The notes under the pieces: model-generated
What the model saw: only the letters and a program-made list of their open reading frames with translations
Told to the model about the DNA's origin: nothing
Databases searched by the model: none
Shown here: positions 24,212 through 35,294 of the stretch, in pieces
Position numbering within the stretch: the stretch's first letter is position 1
How the letters are laid out: the number at the start of each line of letters is the position of its first letter
Made by a program: the position numbers and the translations under genes
DNA from: Cyanophora paradoxa CCMP329
Taxonomy: Eukaryota; Plantae; Glaucophyta
Reading direction: 5' to 3'
Assembly (NCBI GenBank): GCA_004431415.1
Contig: QPMI01000453.1
Span: 310,001-374,000 of the forward strand
Length of the DNA: 64,000 bases

Positions 24212-27200
24212 ATGGCGTCGGGGTCCGGCACCTCCCCGTCGGCCGAGAGCGCAGCAACAGACGTCAAGATCGAAGCAGCGTCTCCGGTCGGACCAGAGCA
24301 TCGGCATCATCAGCACATTTGCACATCGCGTACGCAGGCCGTCGCGGCGCGTGCCATGAAGGAGCACCTCAGCCCCGATTCCCAGCCATGCGAGTGCCCC
24401 GTGTCCGAGGATTGCATGCTGGACGACCTCTTCTCGTGCTGCGATGCCCTTGGGCCGGAATGCGATTGCGACTGTATCCCGCTCGCATTGCCCGGCGAGA
24501 TCGCCGCGCCGGGAGACGCGCTGGCCCCAAATGATGGGCTGCGCGTCGCGTCTTCCTCGGAGGGCGCTACGTGCATCAAGGCGCATGGATCGGAACTTCA
24601 CTGGCATTTTGAAGAGGTTCGCTGCTCTCGAGCGCGTTCAAACTTCGGTGATCCTCACCTCACTCTCCTTGGCAGAATCACGCCTTCTTCGCCGACAGCG
24701 GCTGCGTGCCAGCGCTGTGCCCCGGCGATGTTGCGAGGTTCGCGTCAGCGCCGTCGGCGGAGGATGCCCTCGCGTGCGAGCTGGAGGGCCACCACCACGC
24801 GCACCACCAGCACCAGCCGGATCAGCCGCAGCTTTTCGTTCCGACCGAGACCCTCGACAGCCTGAGCGGCGTCATATTTCCCGGCTGCTCGCTGGGGCCC
24901 GCGGTCCAGTGCTGGAGCAGCCACGCGGCGGCGCCCGGCTGCGATCGCGCCGACCCGTTCGCGCCAGCGGTAGTCGCGGAATCGGCGTCGCCGGCGCCCA
25001 TGGATCTCGTTCCTACCGGTGACGGGCAGGCGCCGACGCGCTCGACGACGCCGCCCGAGGCGAGCCCCGCGGTCCGACCGCACCACCACCACATCATCCA
25101 CCACCACCACCCGAACCCCTTCCGCACCCTTTCGATCTCGGACTCGGAGCACGCTCCGACCGAGTCTTCCCCGCCCGCTTCCCACAACCCCTCACCCTCC
25201 CCGGTCGCCTCCTGCAGCTCGCACCGCCTCTCCGCGAGCCCCACCTCCGCGCCGGCCCTCTGCTGGCAAGCGCACGTGACGCGCCCCGGCAAAAGGAAGA
25301 CGCCTTGCACCATCCACTCGGCTTCTGACTCCGGAGCCGGCTCACCATCCTGCTCGCCCTGCCCGCCCCCCCGCTGTCCCATCCACGGCTCCGCCGCCGC
25401 GCCCGCAAAGGCCGCGGTGCTCAGGCCATCGCCCTTCGCCTGCCCCGTGGTCAGTTCCTTTTCTTCCGTTTCCTCTCCTTTCCTCTGAGAACGAGGATGA
25501 CGGCAGGCACGAGCGGAGTCGCCTCGGATGCTTACAGTGCGCGCGGCGGCGAGACGCGAAAGCTTAGCTGCGGGCGGCGGAGGCTCCGCGGCCTCAACGG
25601 CCGCGATCGTCAGCAGCGCCTCGTCGATGATGGGGTCCACCCCCTCGTCCGGGGACGAGGCCACCGCGCCCGCGAGCCCCGCGGGGCGCCCGCCTCGCTC
25701 CCTGTCCTCACCGACGCCCTCGGACGCGACCGACGCGTCCTCGCTCGCCGCCTCCGCCGGCGGCGGCGGCGGCGAGCTGGGGCCGCGGCGGAGGGGCCGC
25801 CGCCCGCGGAGCATGATGCCGGATCCGGCGAGCATCGTGCCGCTCGCCCCCACCGGCCAGCTCTCCGTTGTCTTTGCACCCCTCGAGCCGGGACAGTCGG
25901 GCCCCGTGCGCCCCGCCCCGCCCCGCCCGGTTCGTCCATCTGACGGGCTGCGGCGTCGCCGCGCTGCGCTGCGCAGTCGGAGGGCAAGCGGCGGCTCGTG
26001 TGGACGACCGAGCTCCACGATCACTTCGTTCGCGCGGTCGAGCACCTCGGCATCGAGCGTGCGCTACCCCACCCCCTTTCCCCCCCCCTCTTATTTGATC
26101 TGATCTGATCTGATTCCGCGGCGCCAGGGGCCACTCCCAAGGCCGTTCTCAGCGTGATGGGCATCGAGGACCTGCGCCTAGAGCACATCAAGAGCCACCT
26201 GCAGGTATACTGTACCCCCGGTCTCTCGCCCCTTTCTTCTCTCTGAAAGCCGTACCCGGCAGAAATACCGTGTCTCGCTGCGCAAGGGCCTCGAGTACAT
26301 CGCCGACGAGAACGAGGAGGCGCGGAGCCCTCTGGGCGAGCCGGCGTCGGCGGCGGCGGCCCCGGCCCCGGCGCAGTCCCCGCGCGCCGCGCCCCCCGCG
26401 GCGTCGGGTTCCGGACCCTCGACTCCGTCCTCGACCATCGCTTCGCCCCGGGGCCTCGCCCCGCCGCCTCCGCCGCCTCAGCTTCCGCCGCCGCCGCCGC
26501 CGCCGCAACTGGCGCTTCTCCCGTCCGACCCCGTCTCGTCACGCCTTGCTGAGCTCGAGAGACAGGTGCGCTTGTTTCGCCGGCGTTGGGGCCGCGTTTC
26601 GGGAAGGGTTTGGGGGCGGCGGGGACATTTTCGGGTGGGTTTTGGGGGTTATTTCACTGCTTCTTTTTCATTGAAGGCCTCTTCGATATGATAGATACCA
26701 AACGTGTGGGATCGCGATGGGCTCCGGCCCGCGTGATTGAAAATACGTCTTTTTCAGGGCACTGATCGTTGGCCGCGCATTTCGTTTCATTTCCTAACTC
26801 TATTTCATTGAAGGCCGCTTCGATATGATAGATACCAAACGTGTGGGATCGCGATGGGCTCCGGCCCGCGTGATTGAAAATACGTCTTTTTCAGGGCACT
26901 GATCGTTGGCCGCGCATTTCGTTTCATTTCCTAACTCTATTTCATTGAAGGCCGCTTCGATATGATAGATACCAAACGTGTGGGATCGCGATGGGCTCCG
27001 GCCCGCGTGATTGAAAATACGTCTTTTTCAGGGCACTGATCGTTGGCCGCGCATTTCGTTTCATTTCCTAACTCTATTTCATTGAAGGCCGCTTCGATAT
27101 GATAGATACCAAACGTGTGGGATCGCGATGGGCTCCGGCCCGCGTGATTGAAAATACGTCTTTTTCAGGGCACTGATCGTTGGCCGCGCATTTCGTTTCA

Positions 27201-27704
27201 TTTCCTGACTCTATTTCATTGAAGGCCGCTTCGATATGATAGATACCAAACGTGTGGGATCGCGATGGGCTCCGGCCCGCGTGATTGAAAATACGTCTTT
27301 TTCAGGGCACTGATCGTTGGCCGCGCATTTCGTTTCATTTCCTAACTCTATTTCACTGAAGGCCGCTTCGATATGATAGATACCAAACGTGTGGGATCGC
27401 GATGGGCTCCGGCCCGCGTGATTGAAAATACGTCTTTTTCAGGGCACTGATCGTTAGCAGGCCTTAGAGCAGTTTCTTTCTCCCCTCGCCTCGTTTCCAC
27501 CACCCGAGTCAAAGCTGACTGACGTACCCCTTTCTTCTTCTTCGTTCGCAGCTCGAGGCGGAGCGGAGGGCCCGGACGGAGCTGCAGGCGGCGCTGGACG
27601 CCGAGCGGAAGGCGCGGGCGGCGGTGGAGGGCGAGCTCGCGCGCCACAGGCAGGCGGCCCTGGCCGCCGCGTCCCTGCTGGCGACCACGACCGCCCAGAA
27701 GTGA
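24212..27704 (+). CDS. GARP (G2-like/PHR-type) Myb-like transcription factor with His/Cys-rich N-terminus and C-terminal coiled coil
   Basis: Spliced domain KRRLVWTTELHDHFVRAVEHLGIE|ATPKAVLSVMGIEDLRLEHIKSHLQ|KYRVSLRK (~25986-26285) has the SHLQKY signature; last exon LEAERRARTELQAALDAERKARAAVEGELARHRQ...QK* at 27551-27704. Start codon tentative. Confidence 0.88.
26662..27456. repeat. 137-bp tandem array, ~5.8 near-identical copies, in the last intron of the GARP gene
   Basis: Unit starts (ca[tc]tgaagg) at 26669, 26806, 26943, 27080, 27217 and 27354. Confidence 0.97.
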
Positions 27705-28026
27705 TCGATCGTCCCGGCTTCTCCTCCTTCTTCTTTGATTCAGGGCATAGGCTTTCGCAATAGGCAGGCGGCCCTGGCCGCGGCGTCCCTGCTAGCGACC
27801 ACCGTCGCCCAGAAGTGATCGATCGTCCCGGCTTCTCCTCCTTCTTCTTTGATTCAGGGCATAGGCTTTCGCAGGAGGCAGGCGGCCCTGGCCGCGGCGT
27901 CCCTGCTAGCGACCACCGTCGCCCAGAAGTGATCTTCTTAGCGGCTTCTCGTACTCCTCCTCCTCCTTCGCCGAGTCGACTTCTTCAATTCAGGGCGTAG
28001 GCCTAGGCTTCTGCCGCCTTCTTCCG

Positions 28027-28057
<31 letters not shown>

Positions 28058-28150
28058 TCTGTTAGGCGGCCCTTGCCGCCGCGTCCCTGCTGCCGACCAC
28101 CGCCACCGCCCAGAAGTGACCGGCCCGGCCCGGCGGCTTCTCCTCCTTCT
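27648..28150 (+). repeat. Serial, decaying copies (~113-bp period) of the GARP gene's last coding bases, stop codon and 3' flank
   Basis: aggcggccct(gg/tg)ccgc.gcgtccctgct..cgaccac..cgcccagaagtga recurs at ~27652, 27766, 27880 and 28064. Confidence 0.88.
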
Positions 28151-29170
28151 CCTTCTCCTTTCTTCTTCTTCGATGCAGGGCGTTGGCTTCCGCCGCCCGG
28201 CCACGCCCTGTTGTAGACCTGTGCGTGTGTTGTTATGGTAACTATTCGTGTCTGAGTAGTTTCAAATAGGCCGTGTCGTTCTTTATTGTTGAACGAATGC
28301 GAGTTATTTCCGCGCGATGCTAATTATAACCGTCAACAGCACTGCAGCTGCAATCGTGCGCTGTAATTATATAACCACTTGGGACGCATGTATGCAGCAG
28401 TTCTAGATCTCTACTAGCTTTTGTTAATCATATAACGCGGATCGCGATCATCGAGCGGCGGGAATTACATACGAACTGTTCATGATAATTCAATTTGGTC
28501 CGATATCGATCGATATCCGGTCCCGTGGCCCTATATATCTAGATCTATATATATGGGGCGCCGGCGCAGTCCCGTGGCCCCCGAGCTCCCTAATTTTAAG
28601 TACTATATATTTAGTTAACGTGGACTGGCATCCCTTTCCGCGAGCTCGGCCCCGGCTGGGCCCGGCGGGGGCGCATAAACGGCATCCCCAATTTTAATTG
28701 CAACGTGGACTGACAAGCATAAGTACAGCCCTAGGCCTTTCCGCGGATTTCGAAGCTGGCTGAGCAATGAACTGGCTCAGGTCGCAGACGTCGACGCGGC
28801 CCGTTTGCGTCACGCGCCCAGCGTATGAATTGCTGTTGGTCGAGCGCTACCTATAGCTCGAGGTGTCGTAAGGCAGGATCTAGATCTAAATCAATATTGG
28901 AGGCCAGAGATTGTGCGTGGTTATCTATATAGCTAGATCTGGCCATGAACGTTAACAGATCTAGACTCTTGCTATTGAGACTAGATGCACATGTGCACAT
29001 GAATTCGAACTGCCACAGTGCAGCTCGGGATCGCAATAGTACTCATCAAATTAATTTTGAATGACTCATGATCACTGTACATGCATATGTGTAACAGTGT
29101 GATATCGATCATCGGATATATATCGATCATGATCATGATCATGAGTCAGTGAATTGAACTGCAGCTGCAA

Positions 29171-29850
29171 TTAGAAGGCGTCGACCTCGAGGCCGTCGTC
29201 GCCAGCGAGCATCTGCCCGAACCAAAGGCGATCAGTATTATAATTAATGCATATGCATATGGCCGTCTCGGGTCTAGATTTGCCCCATATGCGTGCGGCG
29301 AGTCGCCGGCGAGGCTTTCGATCGGGACTCCGGGAAGCTTTCAAGTTTTAAGCGCACCGCGGCCTCGGCCTCCATCTCGGCCTCCAGTTCGGCCATCGAG
29401 AGCTCCGCCTCGAACTCCAACTCCTCCGCGCTCACGACCTGCATGCCCCGGCCAGGCGTACGCGTTAACGTTGAGGGCAGATGTAGGTCTAGGCCTGATA
29501 TCGATCGCGATATCGATGCTGCATGCATATGCATATGCGCAGATCGTTAACGTTGAGTCTAGAGCGCACTGCGGCACGCACCAGCGACTCGTCGTCAAGC
29601 TGCGAAGTGGGGTAGCAGTACCCGTCATAAGCCACACGCTTAGTCGAAGTCGTAAGTGCGCCCTTGCAGTACGACTTCGCGTCCGTCAAGGTCGACTTGG
29701 TCGCGTAGATCGCAGTCGTGCCGGTGCAAGTGGAGTTGGAGAAGCAGTACGCAGCTGCAGGCACGAGGGCCGCGTTACTATTGCGACGCACTGCGCCGCG
29801 CCGCCCGGCGGCGGCGCGCAGGTTGAGAATTTCGCAAACATACTCGGCAT
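29171..29850 (-). CDS. 100-aa microprotein A: 60-aa 4-Cys Ser/Thr-rich core plus acidic tail (4 exons)
   Basis: Exons 29850-29844, 29754-29582, 29438-29358, 29212-29171; donors gtatgt/gtgcgt/gtgcgc, all acceptors cag. Protein MPTAYCFSNSTCTGTTAIYATKSTLTDAKSYCKGALTTSTKRVAYDGYCYPTSQLDDESL-VVSAEELEFEAELSMAELEAEMEAEAA-MLAGDDGLEVDAF*. A paralogue lies at 31636. Confidence 0.75.
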
Positions 29851-30212
29851 CTTGAGAGCGCGTGGCGGTGGAGGCGGGGCTGGCTAGCGCTTCTTTCTTT
29901 GACCGTCGGACTGGGAGTCTGCGCAGCTGCAGCTGGGATCTCGAGCTCAAGACAGCAAATTTTGCTAGGCCCGCGGCCCAAGCTTAAGCGGGCCACGCGG
30001 CCCACGCGTACTAGTAGCTACTAGCTACTAGTATAGCTTCGCTTCGGAGAAGTTCGGACCGAATCGGACTCCGGGACGCCTACAATAGCTAGTAGGCTAC
30101 TATTACAGTAGTGCTCGGTAGGCTATTGCAGTTACTTTAATACAGTATCGGAAGGCTACGGAAGCTCGCGAAAACTTGAAAACAATTGCAAGTGCGAAAA
30201 ACAATCGATATA

Positions 30213-30483
30213 CCGTGCAACACTAGCTTAGGTAATGCGCGCACTTAAGTAATGCGGTCCCAAATTAATGCATTTTTTGGTGACAAAACGCATTAATTTG
30301 GGACCGCATTAATATTGATACGTCACCGGTTTAATTTGTACACATACGTACACATACGTACACATACATACGTTATAACGCAGCCAAAAAGCTTCAAAAC
30401 GCATTAATTCGGTGCCAAAACGCATGAGGGGTCCGGGTCCAAAAGCGCATTGATTTCTGGCGCATTAATTAAGTGTTACACGG
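30213..30483. mobile_element. MITE with TA target-site duplication (Tc1/mariner-pogo type)
   Basis: TA|ccgtgcaacact ... agtgttacacgg|TA terminal inverted repeats (1 mismatch in 12), subterminal taatgcg repeats, and an internal perfect 22-bp inverted repeat taatgcggtcccaaattaatgc / gcattaatttgggaccgcatta. Confidence 0.75.
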
Positions 30484-31635
30484 TACATATATATCATGAT
30501 CATCATATGCATGACTCACAGTGATCTGCAGAACTTCGTTGTTTTCGGAAATTTGCAGCCTGCAAGCTTTATCCTAGTATCATAAGCGCTGCCGGCGCCT
30601 GCGCCGCTCAGCGGCTGCGCGCCAAGCGACATTTCCTTAAAAACATTTCCCCGTTGTTTTTCGGATCGGAGTACGGACTGTACGGCGGTACACTCGAACG
30701 GAAGGAGGATCGTCCTCGGAGGTCTTCCGAGCCCTTGGAGGCAAAAACAATCTACCGGGTATCCATCAGGGAGCCTCGGACTCTGCTCGGAGCCTCGGAC
30801 TCAGCCTCGGAGGCTCGATCCGCCGGGCCGGATTAAAAAATATTCCGGATCCGACGCGGCTCGCAACTTGATCATGAGTCGCGAGCTCGCGTCGACGTCG
30901 CCTCGCGACTCGAGTCGCGAGTCGCGATCGCCTTATCTACTAGCTACTAGTAGCTAGTACCAGTAGATCACAATTGCAAATTTCACAATTGCAAGGGGAG
31001 CCTGGCCATGGGGACCGGCCGCGGAGGGCCTGGGACTGGAAGGCTGCCAGGCTGGCCGCTGGCCCTGTCTGGGACGTCGACTCCGGATCCAGGAGTCCAG
31101 GGCCCAGGCCCCAGGCTCGAGCCTCCAGGCTCCCGGGAGGCCTCTAGATCTCCAGTCCTAAGACTCCTAACCGGGAGCCTGGAGGCTCGATCGCGAGCTT
31201 TCAAGTTTTCCAGGGCCACGGCGGGTTAGGACTCTAGCTCAGCGGCTATAGCTATAGCCTATAGGAGCTCGACTCGGCGAGCTCGAGGCCGGGCCGGCGC
31301 CTGGCCATGGGCGCCCGGGCCGCCGCCGCCGGCGCCGGGCCGGCCCCGGCCGGCCGCGGGCCGGCGCCGGATCTAGATCGATATCCGATGATCGCAGACT
31401 CGAACGACGCAGAGGCACAGATCTAGCCCTAGTAGCTAGATCTAGATCTAGACTCTAGAGCTAGAGCCGCTGAACTGTAGTCTCACGGTCTAGATCTGTA
31501 GCCTCGGCCCTCCGGAGCACACATCAGCCCCCGCCGGGAAAACGACCGCCCGCTCTCATCAGTGAGCCTCGAGCTCGGCCGAACGGATCCGGAGCAACCT
31601 TGGACGCGTAATTACTAAGTTAAGCCTACTCCGCC

Positions 31636-32297
31636 ATGCCGATCTACACGTGCTACTCAGATTCCACCTGCACGACCTCGCTCGGCACGGTCTCCGCCGG
31701 CGGCAGTCCGGGCCAGACGTGCGGCATTTGATTTGCGCCGGCCCGGGCCGTCGATCGGCGCTTGCAATTGCAATTGCATGGCATATGTATGCATTGCCGC
31801 GGCTGTTAATGCGTGACCGCTGCGCAGATGCAAGACCATGTACACGAGCACCGTCGCATACATGCAAACGCAGCCGCAATCGATGATCGGATGCACCGCC
31901 GCCCTCCTGGACGAGGAATCGCAGGTGCGCCTGCAGCTGGCCCGGCGCCGGCGCGGCCGCCAGCCGGGGACCTGATCAGATGATTATATTTTATTTAATT
32001 AAGACCCGAGCGCGGCCGCCCACGGCCATGTATATAATCTCTTATTCAACTCGTAATTAATATTCGCGTTCGCAGCTGGTGGATGAGGTCGAGGTCGACG
32101 TCGCGGAGGGGCTCGAGGCGGATCCGGAGGCGGAGGCGGAGGCGGCCCTGGACGCGGCCGAGCTGGAGGCCGCCTCCGGATCCGAGCTCGACCAGCTGGT
32201 GCGCAGCGCCCAGATGCAGCTTTACATAGTAAATTAAGGAAATAGAAGCTAAGGCTCGCGATCGGCCCTGGCGCCGAGCTGAAATGGCCAGGTCTAG
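31636..32297 (+). CDS. ~102-113-aa microprotein B, paralogue of A: 60-aa 4-Cys core plus acidic tail
   Basis: Exons 31636-31718, 31828-31924, 32076-32198, then either a tiny last exon 32292-32297 or read-through to TAA at 32237. Protein MPIYTCYSDSTCTTSLGTVSAGGSPGQTCKTMYTSTVAYMQTQPQSMIGCTAALLDEESQ-LVDEVEVDVAEGLEADPEAEAEAALDAAELEAASGSELDQL. Confidence 0.72.
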
Positions 32298-32684
32298 GCT
32301 CGAATTAAAGCTTGCGTTTGTGTCGACTTTCCTTTAATTGGCACCTTCCCCGCTCGCGATCGCGATCGGTAGGTCAACGTTGATTACGAGGCCGAGTTTC
32401 TCGCTGACGCGTGACGTGCTACGGTACGACTCGAATTCGAAGGCCCCAGCGGTAAACCTGCATGCAGCTGGCCGTTGTGATCGGCCACTCTGCATGATTT
32501 CCGCCCAACTAGTACTAGATCTGACCGTTGTGATCAAAACATCGATCGCGATCTCCACGGGGAAATTGAGCAAGGGCTCAAATTACGTTGTGATCGGCCA
32601 TTAGAAATTGAGCGTTAAATCTCGCCCGGCGGCCGTCAACGTTAACGTTGTGATCGGCCATTGCGATTTCCGCCCAGCTTCAGC

Positions 32685-32785
32685 TACCGTAGACGACTTA
32701 ATTACCGCGCTGACTTAAATACCGCGCTGCCAAATTACCGCGCTCAAAATTTTTATAACTCGGTAATTTGGTAGCGCGGTATTAC
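32685..32785. mobile_element. Solo end of a related TA-ccgt DNA transposon/MITE
   Basis: TA-ccgt start, three taccgcgct direct repeats, and a 21-bp inverted repeat (32720-32740 / 32761-32781, 1 mismatch). Same architecture as the left end of the 30213 element; no partner end found. Confidence 0.55.
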
Positions 32786-33229
32786 CCCCCGGTAACCCCT
32801 TGGTCGCGAGCGGGGGCGCCTCCGCTGCTCGAAGAAGTGGGACCGCGGCCCTAGGCCTCGCGCGCCCGTGCTGTAGACGCCTTGGACGTGCACCGCTGTA
32901 ATCCAAACATAGATCTACCGGTAGATCTCTCCGAGGCTCCACAGAAAAAATTACGCAAGGACTCGAAGAGAAAAACGGGGGGGGGGGGGGGGGGGGGTCA
33001 GGTCTAGTACAGGAGGAATCCACCCGAGGGCGGGGGGGACGATGTATCTTGATGTATCATGCGAACGAGACATTACACGTGCACGTGGCGAATCACTGGC
33101 TGTAGCCGCTTACTATAGCTAAGTGCGTCGCTCGGCGGCTGGTCATGACCTCGGCGGCTGGTCATGACCTCTGCCCCGCGCGCGCCCGCACCGACCTCCG
33201 CTTCGCATTTCCGCACGGCCGCGGCCCCC

Positions 33230-34857
33230 TCATATGCGGGCCTTGCCCCAGCCGTCGTCGCTCTCCATAACCGCGTCGTCGATCAGCTTGCAGCGCTGCG
33301 CGCGCGGGGTCCAGGCGTTATAGTTAGCGAGGGCGGGGTACGTGTACCCAGAGGAGGGCAAAATACGTGTACCCAGAGGAGGCTGAAGGCCTGGCTTAGG
33401 ATTCGCAGGCTTAACTCGGCGAGCTAAGCCTAGCAGACTTAGAGGAGGCTTCCTAGAATTCGGGGCTAGACGTTTAAGGCGCACGGCGTGCGTGAGGCTT
33501 AGATTCGCGCGATAACGAGACAAGGCCCTTCGCTTTTTTTAGCTTAGCGAGATCAGCGAGATTTAGCTTTACGCTTCTGCTTAGCATGGCAGGCTTAGAG
33601 GAGGCGCACGGCGTGCGTGACGGCGGCGATGCAGCCAGCGGCGAACGAGCCGAGCACGGCGGCGACGAGGGGGACGGGCCCGCCGGCCCCGCGCGCCACG
33701 GGCGCCGCGGGGTTCACGTCCCGCGTCAGCGCTGCGCGGGCAGATCAAATTCGAGAGAGGGCAGATCAAATTCGAGAGAGGGCAGATCAAATTCGAGAGA
33801 GCTAAGATAGAGAGATAGATAGCAGAGGGCGGACCGGAGGCGAGGCCGAGGCAGGCGGGGCCGCCGCGGACGGCGTGCACCACCATCGCCGCGGCGAAGC
33901 ACGCGGCCGCCCCGAAGTTCAGGAACGAGGCCTGCGAGCGAAGGCGGATCAAATCCGCCTTTTCGAAAAGATTTGATCCGCGCACCAGGACGGGGAAGGC
34001 GGCGCGTCGGACGGCGACGGTGCAGATGGTGAAGAAGAGCGCCGCGACGCTCGCCGCGCCGGCCGCCCAGCAGATCCCGACCACGTCCTTTGTGCGAACG
34101 AAGGATCAAATCTTCCGAAGTTCGGAATCAGGCGCAGAAGTTCGGACAGGGTACGCGTGCCTGTCCGACGGCGAAGAGGGCCGCGCGCTCCCGCTCCGTG
34201 AGCGCCAGGTCGCCCTCCTGTCAGCGTCAGACGTGTCTGTCAGCCGCCGAGCGGCGCGACGCTCGTTTCGGGATCGCGCACTGGGAGAACGTCCTCGGTC
34301 GAGGCGCCGCCGGTCACGCCGCGGTACTTGACGCAGCCCTCGTCGATGAAGCCGAAGACCGACTCTGCGGATTCGAAAGCGAAGGAGCGCGCGCGCGTCT
34401 CAGTTCCGCGGCGTTCTGACCGCACTGCGGCACGCGCGCGTGAAGATCGCGACGCACTCGGGCTGAAGACTTCCTCGGCGTCTACGCAGAAGAGCTCGAG
34501 TCCGCAGTGGAACGTGGGGCTCCTGAGCATGGGAAGGGCCGTGGATCAAATCACGTCAGTTGCACGCAAGCGCCCCGCCCGCGCCGGGAAAGCAGAAGCG
34601 CACCGGCTGCTGTCCCAGGTAATCAGCCGGACTATCGACCAGTGCTGGTGCCAGGAGTCAGACTGGCGGAGCGCGACAGGAGCGGGCGTGCACGAGGGGA
34701 GAAGGCGTACCTTGGCCGGAAGCGCCAGGAAGCCTACGACGCTGCTGTACATGCCGAGGAACACGGCCGCAGAGAGTGCAATTGCATAGCGGGTGTTTAT
34801 GAAGAGGCCCCGGCTCGCCACGCGAGACAGGGACGGGAACAAGGTGAAGCACCACAT
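33230..34857 (-). CDS. Four-TM membrane protein with claudin/PMP22-like topology, multi-exon
   Basis: Hydrophobic segments YAIALSAAVFLGMYSSVVGFLALP, VVGICWAAGAASVAALFFTICTVAV, SFLNFGAAACFAAAMVVHAV and VPLVAAVLGSFAAGCIAAVTHA; Cys-containing first loop 'CGLELFC..EGCVKY'; last exon RCKLIDD...ARI*. Start uncertain. Confidence 0.55.
33738..33800. repeat. 21-bp unit x3 (gggcagatcaaattcgagaga), intronic
   Basis: Directly visible. Confidence 0.9.
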
Positions 34858-35294
34858 CCGCACGCGGCCCGCGGCGGGATCTCGATGCGAAGACGACGAA
34901 TCTGGAAGCAAAAGAGCGCGTTAGATCCCATACACTTCGCCGCGAGGGCGAGGGCGAGCGCGTACGCTCGCTCGAGACGCGATGGTGGTGTGCGCCGTTC
35001 AGAACCACACACTGGCCGTTCGGCAGGGCAGCCGCACGAGCGCGGGACGAGGCGCAGAGAAGCGCAGGCACGACGTCGAGCGCGGAATGCGCGTTCTCAG
35101 CCGCGAAAGGCTAACTGCCGCGAGGCCTGCGCGACTCTTAGAATCAGCCGCGTCGGATCGTGTGGCTCTGCGAAATGAGAGCAGCGCACCGGTGGGCAGG
35201 CGCGAACTCTCCGAAGCCGGGCAACCGGAGTGCAGGTCGGGGAATTGCGTACCCTGTTCGCGGCGCTAAAGCCCTCCATCCAGCTTTCGCCACA

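Noticed and set aside
24822-26045. 407-aa minus ORF
   Set aside because: Antisense shadow of the GARP gene.
26662-27456. 137-bp array as a CRISPR array or C/D snoRNA cluster
   Set aside because: There are no unique spacers and the context is eukaryotic. The box C-like (atgatag) and box D (ctga) matches are weak and I recognised no rRNA-complementary guide.
29171-32297. A complete RiPP/lanthipeptide biosynthetic cluster
   Set aside because: No LanM/LanC, YcaO, BURP or peptidase gene in the window, and the ELxxxEL-like motif is C-terminal; kept only as a hypothesis for the microproteins.
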